Assembly: GCF_001194135.2 (NCBI RefSeq)
Contig: NC_068983.1
Span: 143,075,156-143,139,155, forward strand
DNA: 64,000 nt
Direction: 5' to 3'
From: Octopus bimaculoides
Taxonomy: Eukaryota
Numbering within the stretch: the stretch's first letter is position 1; every line of letters begins with the position of its first letter. The translations under genes were made by a program, and so were the position numbers. Of this stretch, positions 53,734-64,000 are shown piece by piece. Below the pieces are notes generated by a model that searched no databases, had not been told where the DNA came from, and worked only from the letters and a program-made list of their open reading frames with translations.

Positions 53734-53953
53734 CCCTTTCGTTACTATATTTATTTTGAGATGCTCTGCATTTCTTTCAATTACTTTAAATATAACAAAG
53801 AATTTAGTAAAATAACTTGGTTATCATTCAGCTGGTGTTAGGAACATAAATTGTGACTAAGGTTTGGTAGAAGATTTTAATTCAAAATTTATGAAAACAT
53901 GACATTTGTACTCAGAGCCAGAGCCGGTTTCAGCCGGGTTGGTAATGAAAGGG
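53734..53953. mobile_element. piggyBac-type MITE (220 bp)
   Basis: TTAA|CCCTTTCGTTAC ... GTAATGAAAGGG|TTAA: CCC-starting TIRs with TTAA target duplication at 53730-53733 and 53954-53957. Confidence 0.85.
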
Positions 53954-55269
53954 TTAATATCAAAGTTATATTACTAAGTTTTTTGTTATTTTCAAAATTA
54001 CTTGAAACAATGGTAGTGTATTTCATAAGAAATATGGTAACAAATGGCTTAAAAGAACAATCTTTAGTACACAAGTTCTAAAATGTTTTCTTATAGCATA
54101 ACTGTCCCTTGGCATACTCCTTGTGAAGAATAGGGAGTAAAATGGTTGGATGCTACAAATACACAACAGTGAACATCATTTTGTGGATTTCATATAACAT
54201 TTGTTAATAACTATATTTGAAATTCACCATATCTGACAATTTTTTATATTATTTTATAAATACTATTTACTAAAATTAAAGTTGTACCATTGAAAGGTAG
54301 TTAGTTGTAATTACTTCAAAATTCAAGTGTTTTTACAAATTTCATGTACCCCTATAATTGTATGTACCCCTATAATTTCTCTTGCATACTACCAAGAGTA
54401 CTCTTACCCATTTGCCTAGGTTTGAGAACCCTTGCTTTATTAAGTCTTCTCTACAAACACTCAAGAGATTTAAGCTGATCTCATTCTTAGTAAATTTTTA
54501 TTACAAACAAATAAATGTCATAAATGTTGCAAGATTTAAGTTTAGCTGGTTAAATTTTCCTCTAAGAATTTGTTTTGTTATATTTATGAAGAATTTTTAT
54601 CCTTTTACAATTTTTAAAAGAAAAATAATTGCTTGAAGGCCATTCTGATTTACTTCATGCTTCACAACTGTTTGCAGTTTTTCTTTTCTTTTTCAATTAT
54701 TGCAATAAACTCATTATTTTCAGTGAGTTAGCAATTTTAACAGTTAGGAGACTGCCAACAAGATTTTCTTTGGAAAGATTGCATATTTTCTTACATACAT
54801 GTGCCTATACACCCACGTCTATGTATACATGAGTGTCTGCACCTTGTGGAACTATTTCTTTAATATTTTTGCTATAAAAAACAGTTTCTGCTTTTTCAAT
54901 GAAGAAAAACCATTTTTACTACAACTTTTATGTTTTTAAAATTCATCTGAGCCATAATATAATAATTACTTGAGCTGTATGTGTATATACATATATATAT
55001 ATAATATTCATGTGTGTGTATATATAGTGTGTGTATGTGTTTGTGTTTTTCCCAGCATATATAAGTATATGTATACATGATTATGTACATACATGTATAT
55101 GTATCTGTCCATACAGTATGTACTGGTTGTTTGGACACAAAATAAAACAAGGAAAATGAGACACCAAACAAAAAAATAAAATCTCTAACAAAAAAAAAAG
55201 AGGAACAATCATTCAAATAGATACATAAAAGAGATAGTCCAGTCAACAAAATTACCACAGTTTGAATGA

Positions 55270-55630
55270 CATTTCTGGTGTGGCCATGGAAACAACTGCA
55301 TTCAGGATCATGTGGCCCCCATGACATCCTGTACGAAAGGACTCCTGCTTGGTCACCCTACCAATGCTGTTATAAATGTAGTAGTAAGTGGTTCAAAAAG
55401 GGAGAACTAGAATGCCACATGATGTTGGAAAGAGAAGAGGTTACATGATCACATGGTTCTCTGGTGATTCTGGACATAAACTTCTTTCTTATCATCATGA
55501 AAGACTTATCCCTGATGGCCTTTATCAGCCTGTTGTAGTTGTTATCAATAATGTCCTGGATCTTTTGAACAAACTTAGCTTCCCTAACAACATTGAGAAT
55601 GCTTCTTTCTCTTGTTCAAAGAATTTTCAT
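55270..55630 (-). mobile_element. Possible decayed mariner (maT-like) N-terminal fragment
   Basis: Minus-strand VREAKFVQKIQDIIDNN...IKAIRD resembles the HTH region of the 52-kb element. Confidence 0.35.
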
Positions 55631-55925
55631 TGATATTAGGTGCAGGTATGGCTGTATGACATCTACTACTAAAGCCATGGGCTGACCAAAGCCCAGGGCT
55701 TTAGTAAGAGACTAAAGCTTTGAGGATTTGGTAAATGAAAACTGAACGAAGTCCAATTGTGTGTGTGTGTGTGTGATATTGTGTCTTTGCCTTGATATTA
55801 CATGATAGTTGTAAGCAAGTATCACTCTTATACAAGCAGTGTCCTTCATTTCCAGTCTCCATGAAAACATGTCTGGTCATGGAGAAACATTACTTTACTT
55901 GGAAACAAGTGGGAGTGGAATCAAA

Positions 55926-55974
<49 letters not shown>

Positions 55975-56372
55975 CACAAAAAAACAAAAAAAACACACAC
56001 ACACACACGCACACATGAACAAATAAATAAAAACAAATACAAACGAACACGTATTAACAGAGTATATAGGTGATACAGACACTCCCCATACACACATGCA
56101 CTTACAAAAGACACAGACACATTGAAAGACACGCATGCGTAGACACATACAATAGGAATACAAAATACAAAATGGCTGATATTTAGCAAGGTGAGACACA
56201 CATAAGAAGGAAGGAAACAAAGGACCACTGATGAGGTCACAGAAGTGTGACGAAAGAACTCTGGCCGAAATAAGATTAAGATTAATGTAATATAAAGCTG
56301 AAGGAAATTAACACCAAATATACAGTGCGTGTGTTTTTATTGGCTAAACTGGCAATATGACCATCCCCAAGT

Positions 56373-56414
<42 letters not shown>

Positions 56415-56881
56415 CTATAGATATGTCCATCACGGCTGATTTTACCAATCAGTTTCACACTGGGTATTAAACCAGTTGTTAGATAACAGCACAGTTTAGT
56501 AATACTGCATGCTTGTTTTCTCTATACCTGCCAGCTCTGTCAAGCATGTTGATTAATATAAATATAGATATTTACCCTCATTCTGGTCTAAGGACCCTCC
56601 ATGTTTGTTTTCATTCAGTTTCCTTGTATATTTCCACTGTCCTGTTTTTGTCCCCAACTTTGACTCTCCATAAATCCAAAATTTTATTTTGGTACTTATG
56701 GGAGCAACTGACTTCAAAGACTCATATGCTCAAAATGAGGAGTAGATAGATAGCCAACAACTGATGAAGGGTTGTTCTTTGTATTACTTGTCCTGTTTTC
56801 CATTTGTTTCTCTTGTTGTTTGCATATTGAACTCATTTGTTTTCATATTTCATGTTTATTGTTTGTGACGTCCTGTACCCA

Positions 56882-56924
<43 letters not shown>

Positions 56925-56927
56925 ATA

Positions 56928-56979
<52 letters not shown>

Positions 56980-57040
56980 GTTATTATTTGATTGAACGCC
57001 ATGCATCCATTTCCAAGTATATATATATATATATATGTAT

Positions 57041-57900
57041 ATCATCATCATCATCATCATCGTTTAACATCTGCTTTCCATGCTGGCATGGGTTTGACAG
57101 TTTGACTGGGGACTTGCAAGCCAGGAGGTCACACCAGACTCCAATCTGATCTGGTAATGTTTCTACAACTGGATGCCCTTCCTAATGCCAACCACTCTGA
57201 AAGTGGTAGTGGGTGCTTTTTACGTGTCACTGGCATGGGGAGCCAGTCAGGCGACACTGGCAACAACCCACACATGAATGGTGCTTATTGCATGACACCA
57301 GCATGAGAGCCAGTCAGACAGCACTGGTATTGGTCACAACTACAATTTCCATTTGATTGTGATTTGATTTTGATTTTACTTGGCCCAGTAGGTCTCCTCA
57401 GGCACGGCATGTTGCCTGACAATTCAAAGGTACTTTTTAAAAGGATTGGTTATGCGATACTGGTATAGGCTACAGCTGTGATATCACTTTACTTGCCGGG
57501 TCTTCTCAATCACAGCATATTTCCAGAGGTCTCGGCCTTTCATCATTGGCTCTGTGAGGCCCAATGTTCGAAGGTCATGCTTCACCACCTTATCCCATGT
57601 CTTCCTGGGTCTCCCTCTTCCATGGGTTCCATCCACTGTTAGGGAGTTCGCACACATGCATTATACAATCTACCTTTCACTCTGAGCGAGAGACCCTTTG
57701 TCACCAGCAGAGGTAGGCACTCTCTGGACTTTGCTCAGGCTATTCTTGATCTAGTGGCAGTGCTCTCCAAGCATCCACCCTCCACTACAGACTTGGTCAC
57801 CTAGGTAGCGGAAGTTATCAACTATTTCTAGTTTCTTCCCCTGGCATGTGATGGAATCTGTTTTCTGAGTATCTGTGGTGTTATTGCCCTTGTGCATCTG
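57041..57900 (-). mobile_element. 5'-truncated RTE LINE 3' end: ORF C-terminus, 3'UTR and (GAT)n tail
   Basis: GKKLEIVDNFRYLGDQV, LPLLVTKGLSLRVKGRLYNAC, RPRKTWDKVVKHDLRTLGL on the minus strand, then the 3'UTR seen elsewhere in the window, ending in (GAT)n at 57041-57061. Confidence 0.85.
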
Positions 57901-57911
57901 CCACACAAAAG

Positions 57912-58295
57912 CTAGGCATGACTGAGTGGTAAGATGTTTGCTTCTTAAACGCATGGTTCCATGTTCTGTCCCATGGCATGGCACCTTGGGCAAGTGTATT
58001 CTACTATAGCCTTGGGCTGATTAAAGCCTTGTGAGTGGACTAAATAGATGGAAACTGAAAGAAGCCCATTGTATATATTTGTGTGTGTGTGTGTGCATGT
58101 GTGTATCTGTGTTTGTCCCTCGCCACTACTAGACAACTAGTGCTGGTTTGTTTGTGATTTGGCAAAAGGAATGGATTGAAGAGTCAAGCTTAAGAAAAAT
58201 ATGCCCTGAGGTTGATATGTTTGATTAAACTCTTCAAGCTGGTGTCCCAGCATAGTGGCCGCCCAATGACTGAAACAAGCAAAAAATAAAAGGAA
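57912..58295 (+). mobile_element. CORE-like SINE copy abutting the 5' end of the RTE fragment
   Basis: aggcatgactgagtggtaag...ggcaccttgggcaagtgtattctactatagcc...aatgactgaaacaagc. Confidence 0.82.
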
Positions 58296-58335
58296 AGATA
58301 TATTTCAAACTTTTACAGGAAGAGAAGGAATGGTG

Positions 58336-58394
58336 ACTTTGAAGTTTTGACCTGCTACCCTCAGACAAAGGCTAGCAGGTCAAAACTCCAAAGT
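58336..58394. repeat. 59-nt hairpin, 22-bp stem with one mismatch, 15-nt loop
   Basis: actttgaagttttgacctgcta-ccctcagacaaaggc-tagcaggtcaaaactccaaagt. Confidence 0.85.
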
Positions 58395-58504
58395 GTCTGG
58401 CACTCCCCCTTGTAAAAATTTAACTAACATGTAGCCTGCCAAAAAGTATTACCTTGGTTAAAAGATAAACTGTCAATCATCTATAAACTGACATAAAAAG
58501 AGAC

Positions 58505-58540
<36 letters not shown>

Positions 58541-58611
58541 GCACGCGCACACGCACACACACACACGCACNNNNNNNNNNNNNNNNNNNNNNNNNNNNNN
58601 NNNNNNNNNNN

Positions 58612-58645
<34 letters not shown>

Positions 58646-59806
58646 CATAGTTTCCATCTCCCAAATTCCACTAAGGAGGTATTGGTCATCCTGTGGTTAT
58701 GGTAAAGACACTTGCTTAAAGTAATGCAGTGTAATCTAACTTATGGTTGTGACAAGAACGTCTTGTCCACACAGTTACGTCTAAGCCATCTCTCTTACCA
58801 TCATTCACTAATCTTTTCATATTTTCCCTTTCCACTTCATCTTTCCTCATATTTTTCCCTCCAAGGAGACATAATCAAAATGTTAATTTATTTTATTATT
58901 CCATTTTCAAAATTAAATTTAACCACCTCTGACTTTTAGTTTTAATCTGATGTAAATTATGTTATTTGTCTTCACAATAATCTCAGCAAAGAATTATTTC
59001 TATATAGCTAAACAGAATTATTTTCTTAGCTCATTTCTCTCAAAGAAAGCACTTTTTCTTTTTTTTTTTTTGAATGGATGTTATTTTTATTGAGAAATTA
59101 TTTTGTATTTTAGTTTTATCTTTATGTGAATGTATTCTTTCTTTCTTTTTTTTCACTTAGCCCCCACCACCATTTTAACAATTAAATTTATTACTGTTGT
59201 CTACCATTGTTATCATCAAATTCAAAGGGGTGAGCTGGCAGATCATTACTGCATTGGACAAAAAATGCTCAGTGACATTTCTTTCGGCTTTTTACATTCT
59301 GAGCCATATTGCTCTCTGACATTCAGTTATGAATCATATGAAATACAGTGTGATACTCTTGACACATAGCAAACTTGACACTGTCTACCTTATGTTTGTA
59401 GATTCTGATAGTGACCACAGCAGAGTAATGTGAAGTGGACTTGGTCAGAGCACAGCAACTGTTATTCTCTGCTCTTATAGTTTCTGAAATGAATTGGTTT
59501 GATCCCTATCCCAAGCTGCTGAAAAGACATGTGATGGGGCCTAATTCTGTATTGAGACTGAATATGGTGTTGTAACTTCTTGATAAATGGTGTCCACATA
59601 TAACATCTAAAGAAATCATTAATTCACCATTTCTTTTTGGTTAAATGTTGAAAATAAGAATTTAGGACTTTTTAAATCTTTCTAGTTTTTATATTTAAAG
59701 AAACTGTTTTTAGAAATAATAAATTTTTAATTAGAATTTTTTTTTGTAACTGTTGATTTATTTATTTCTATAAATTTTAATAAGAATTTTTTCTTTCTTC
59801 TTTCAG

Positions 59807-59951
59807 ATTTCTCTAAACTTCTGAGGTCAATATTGTTTGCAGATTTGACCTCTTGGACCATTTTCAAGATGGTCACACTGGCATCCTGTTGGACTAAAAG
59901 AACTTATTTACGATTGTTTTAAACTTTATACAGTGATAATCAGAAATGAGT
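59807..59951 (+). other. Candidate 5'UTR exon of the zinc-finger gene
   Basis: Strong polypyrimidine acceptor ttttttctttcttctttcAG ending at 59806; possible donor GTATGT at 59952 and a further acceptor tatttctctcAG at 60196. The exon could instead run unspliced into the CDS. Confidence 0.5.
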
Positions 59952-60309
59952 GTATGTATGTGTGTGACTGTGTTTAAACAATTGTCTGTGTAACTAAATT
60001 CATATTTGTATGTAAATATATATATGTGTGTGTGTGATGGTATCTAAAACAGAAACCAACAAATGTTTACCTGTCAATAATTGTGAGTGTGTTTCTAAGA
60101 ATTGGTAAGAGTATATTATTAACCAAAGACATTGTGACTTGTTATTGATAAAATACATCAAAATAAATGAAAGTTGAGAAAACTTATTTCTCTCAGTTCT
60201 GTTTTTACTCTTTACAAATATATTGAAAATATCATTTGCTACAGAAATAATAAAAAAAAAGTAAAGAAAAAAGACACCATTATATAGCATCTTCTGTCCT
60301 AATTGTTGA

Positions 60310-61620
60310 ATGAGTAAACAACAATCCACCTCCTCAACACCACCACCGACAGCACTGCCGTGTTTCAGTACGACTGCTGGTGCGGGTGTGGGTGCTGACA
60401 ATAACTGCTGGTATCCATTCAATTTCTTCACCAGCCTCACTGCTCTACAAAACACAACGACTGATCCCCAACCATCTTTGGCTGCAGCACCAGCTCAACA
60501 CCCTGCAGGATTTACATATCCTGCAGTTTCCACAGCTGCAAGTGCTGTTGCCAGCTTGAAAATGCCTTTCGACTGCGAGATTTGTGGCCGGATTCTATCA
60601 GGGTCTGGCCACCTAAAGACACATCTGAGGACACATACTGGAGAAAAGCCTTTCAAATGTGAAGTCTGCGGGAAGTGTTTTGCTAATTCTGGTGCCTGGA
60701 AAACCCATGCTAAAACACACACTGGAGAAAAGCCTTTTAAGTGCGATACATGTGGTCGAAAATTTGCCAATTCTGGTGCCCAGAAGACGCATTCACGCAC
60801 GCATACGGGTGAAAAACCTTACACATGTGACATTTGTGACAAAAGATTTGCTAATTCTGGTGCCTGGAAAACACATCTTAAAATCCATATTGGAGATCGT
60901 CCTTATAAATGTGAAACCTGCGGTAAAGATTTTTCAAATCCTGGAGCTCGTCGGATTCATATCAAGTCTCATGCTGGAGATAAATTTTTTAAGTGCCTGA
61001 CATGTGGTAACAACTTTGCTAACAATGGTGCCCTTAAAGTGCACATGCTTAGCCATGTGAAACCTGACCTCAGTGTTATGGGGGCAGGAGTTCCACCTCA
61101 TTCTATCTCTAATAATAACAACTGTAATACTTGTGACAAGACTTTTCCTGCTGTCTCACCACCTCCACAAATTCCATCCCCTCATAAAGCCCCACAAAAT
61201 CCGATCCAACAACAACCTCCCTCCTCAGACATTCTCGATGGTGCTTTTACCATCACTTCACCTCCACCAACATCATTACCAAACCTTTCCAAAACTGCAT
61301 TGTCCATCCCAACATCTGTTGGTTTTGGCAACTCAGATAAAACATTCAGTATGTATCCATCCCCTATAAATCACTTAAAACCTCCCGGTTTACCCCAACA
61401 TCCATCAGTCCAACATCGAGAGGTGTGTGGTAAGTCCATTACTGGTGAATCCATACCCAATCCTCACATTGTTCCACCCCAAAATCACCAGCCACCACCA
61501 CCACAGATACAACCATATGGGTTTGACTGCCACAACAAAGGTCTTCCACCTTTACGACCTTTCCCTGTACCAAAAATGAACATTATGGACAGACCATTAG
61601 GGTTAGGTTATGTTCAATAA
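60310..61620 (+). CDS. C2H2 (Kruppel-type) zinc-finger protein, 436 aa, 6 tandem fingers plus Pro/Ser-rich N- and C-terminal regions
   Basis: Uninterrupted ORF; six C-x2-C-x12-H-x3-H motifs at 28-aa spacing (aa 87-249, nt 60568..61056) joined by TGEKP, TGEKP, TGEKP, IGDRP and AGDKF linkers; in-frame TGA immediately upstream of the ATG. A second Met (MPFDCE, 60562) has a better -3 purine context and is an alternative start. Confidence 0.95.
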   Translation: MSKQQSTSSTPPPTALPCFSTTAGAGVGADNNCWYPFNFFTSLTALQNTTTDPQPSLAAAPAQHPAGFTYPAVSTAASAVASLKMPFDCEICGRILSGSGHLKTHLRTHTGEKPFKCEVCGKCFANSGAWKTHAKTHTGEKPFKCDTCGRKFANSGAQKTHSRTHTGEKPYTCDICDKRFANSGAWKTHLKIHIGDRPYKCETCGKDFSNPGARRIHIKSHAGDKFFKCLTCGNNFANNGALKVHMLSHVKPDLSVMGAGVPPHSISNNNNCNTCDKTFPAVSPPPQIPSPHKAPQNPIQQQPPSSDILDGAFTITSPPPTSLPNLSKTALSIPTSVGFGNSDKTFSMYPSPINHLKPPGLPQHPSVQHREVCGKSITGESIPNPHIVPPQNHQPPPPQIQPYGFDCHNKGLPPLRPFPVPKMNIMDRPLGLGYVQ

Positions 61621-61623
61621 CTA

Positions 61624-61629
61624 AATAAA
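61624..61629 (+). promoter_or_regulatory. Possible proximal polyadenylation signal (AATAAA)
   Basis: AATAAA a few nt after the stop codon, followed by T-rich sequence; the hexamer is common in AT-rich DNA so support is weak. Confidence 0.25.
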
Positions 61630-63768
61630 GGGTAAATATCCAATTTTTCTTTCTTTTAATATTCTCATCTCAAATTTTCAATATTCTTTTTTTTATCAGT
61701 AAAATTTATTTCATGGGCTCTCTAATTTTAACCATGATAAAAAAAATTTTTTTAAATGCCAAACAGACTTCTGTATGAAAAATGATTAATATATTGAAAT
61801 GTCTCATTGAAACATTAAGCGTATTCCAATATGCTATTTTATTCCAAAGGCCCAAATCTTTCGATTAGAGATTCATTAACATCATTTTAAACTTGCAGAT
61901 GAGCTTTGTATTATAAGAAGAAAATCTGGATATTTAATCCCTGAATTTGTTTTGTATGTTTTGAAAAAAGAAATTACTATTATCATTTATTTCACTCTTA
62001 TTTATCTGCCATTTTTTTCATGTTTTCTTTTTTTTTTTTCTGATTTTTCTTTCCTTGTTTCAATTTTTCCTTTTCCTGTATCTTTAGAAAAACATTTTAT
62101 CTTTGATATAGAAATTTTATATCTGTTGCCTTTAATTTCAGGATGCAAAATAATGCTTTTGCTTTAGATAAATGTTTTATCAGTGACAGATTTCAAATAA
62201 TGTTGCCCTAGAATATGTGATGCCTTTTATATTTCAAAATTATGACAACTAAATAACTTAAGAAATAGGGAAATGAAAGGTATATCAATACATATTATAA
62301 ACTCCTGATTTTGTGTAGTAATACACACTATATTACCATATCTTCCTTCATACAAATCAATATAATATATAGTGTATACATGTAGTTTAAGCTTTCAAAT
62401 ATCAGCATTATCTTACCAAATCCTACTGCATTGCACATGGAATTTCTGGTCCTCCAAAGTCATCTTGCTGTCTAAGTCAACCTACCTTCTTTGGCTGTGA
62501 ATTTTGGTCTGAAAAATTTAACTTGTATGTCAGAAAATACCATAATAATAAGGAAGTTTATATTTTCCTTTATTTCTCATAATTAAAAAAATACCAAAAT
62601 TAATCAAATCCTAACATTTATTACGTTTTTAAGATAAAAATATATTTTTCATGAACGTCTAAATCTCTTCTAATCTTTTACAGCTTAAATGAGAAGTGAC
62701 TGATGCACTAACAATCGTTTATCTGTCAACTACAGTGTTTAAATTAATATAAGTCTTTTTACTGCTTGTACTTCTCCACCCTACTGACGTTGTATGACTT
62801 CTTTATCTTGCTTATCCTGTTGGTAAACATGGAAAATAATACACAAACTGGAAGATGCAATGGCTTGCATCCAGCAGGATTGTGACATTTTAGATAAGAT
62901 ATAAAACATGACAGCTGTAGAATAAATTTTTATTACCATTGTATGTAGAATAGGATAGGGTGTATAGAACAGGAGTGGTGTAAAGAACAGGGGCTTGGTG
63001 GTGGAGAATAGGATTATGACCAGACTGGCATTGGATGGGGCTCAGTTTTGTCATATTTCAAAGAAAGTGAATGAGAAGCTATGCTAATACCTTCTGCAAG
63101 GGTATTTGTAGAGAGAATACAATTAACTATAGTCCTCACCACTCTTATAAATATGTGACTTGTTATTTCACTATCAGCAAAGTGTTAGTAAAAAATAATA
63201 ATAATGATAAATCAAAGTTTGTCATACAATCTAATTTCATCATAATCATTATTTAACATCCATTTTCCTTGCTTGTATGAGCTAGACAGTTTAGGAGGAG
63301 CTGGTCAGCCAGAGTGCTGCCTGAAATCCAATTGTCTGTTTTGGCATGGTTTCTACAGCTGGATGTCTTTCTTAATGCCCACCACTTGAAAGTGTACTGG
63401 GTGTTTTTATGTGGAACCAGCACAGATGCTTTATATGTAGCACTGGCACAGGTGACTTCAGCACCCCTGCACCTGCAAGACAAGGACCTCTCAGTTGAGA
63501 GGCTTAAAGGACTTGGAGTCTTCATGTTTATTATGAATGATCTTCATTGAATGCAGTTTTTCAGAGAAAGTGCTAAAGAAAGCAGATTTGCCTTCTCCTT
63601 TTATTTTTTTGTTTATTCCATATTGACACATGCTGGATAGATTTGTCATATAACCAAATAAATTTGTACCAGCATGGGAAACAGGTGTTAAAGAATGATG
63701 ATGATGCTTTGACCCATAGAACTTTGCAGAACCAGTGTGTGCAATGTGTATGCTTGTATATATGTATA

Positions 63769-63825
<57 letters not shown>

Positions 63826-63827
<2 letters not shown>

Positions 63828-64000
63828 TCATCATCATCATCATCGTTTAACGTCCGCCTTCCATGCTAGCATGGGTTGGACGATTTGACTGAGTACTGGT
63901 GAAACCGGATGGCAACACCAGGCTCCAATCTAATTTGGCAGAGTTTCTACAGCTGGATGCCCTTCCTAACGCCAACCACTCAGAGAGTGTAGTGGGTGCT
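63826..64000 (-). mobile_element. Young RTE-type 3' end (truncated LINE or RTE-tailed SINE), cut by the window edge
   Basis: (CAT)n then cgtttaacgtccgccttccatgctagcatgggttgg...cagctggatgcccttcctaacgccaaccac; CpGs intact. Related copies at about 37..218 (-), 545..710 (+), 10860..11100 (-), 41740..41870 (+), 45170..45280 (+), 52990..53090 (-), 63250..63470 (-). Confidence 0.8.

Noticed and set aside
60000-61369. Overlapping antisense and alternate-frame ORFs (60000..60455 -, 60495..60800 -, 60659..61000 +, 61073..61369 +)
   Set aside because: Shadow frames of the zinc-finger CDS with no independent motifs.

Overview
AT-rich, repeat-dense eukaryotic (metazoan) genomic DNA with four N-gaps. The SINE/RTE repertoire, extreme (AT)n/(GT)n/(GA)n content and the C2H2 gene strongly suggest an octopus (coleoid cephalopod) scaffold; this is inference from recalled repeat sequences, not a database search. 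Only one intact protein-coding ORF is supportable: a C2H2 zinc-finger gene at 60310..61620 (+), with six tandem fingers, near-identical recognition helices and a Pro-rich tail containing decayed finger relics. The rest is transposon-derived or non-coding: RTE-clade LINE fragments, an R4/Dong-like RLE retrotransposon bracketed by (TAA)n, Tc1/mariner relics (DD41D-type with TIRs and TA TSD, DD37D/maT-type), a piggyBac-type MITE, several long foldback MITEs (two carrying TTAGGG repeats and 8-9 bp TSDs), at least three tRNA-derived SINE families, and minimal type I hammerhead-ribozyme motifs of the Penelope-like kind. At large scale the window splits into CpG-depleted flanks (about 1-11.4 kb and 39.6-64 kb) and a CpG-retaining core (about 11.5-39 kb), consistent with two divergently transcribed, germline-methylated gene bodies whose first exons lie near 11.8 kb (-) and 37.7 kb (+). 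Nearly all other ORFs in the supplied track are microsatellite or random artefacts. No CRISPR, rRNA or genuine tRNA genes were seen.
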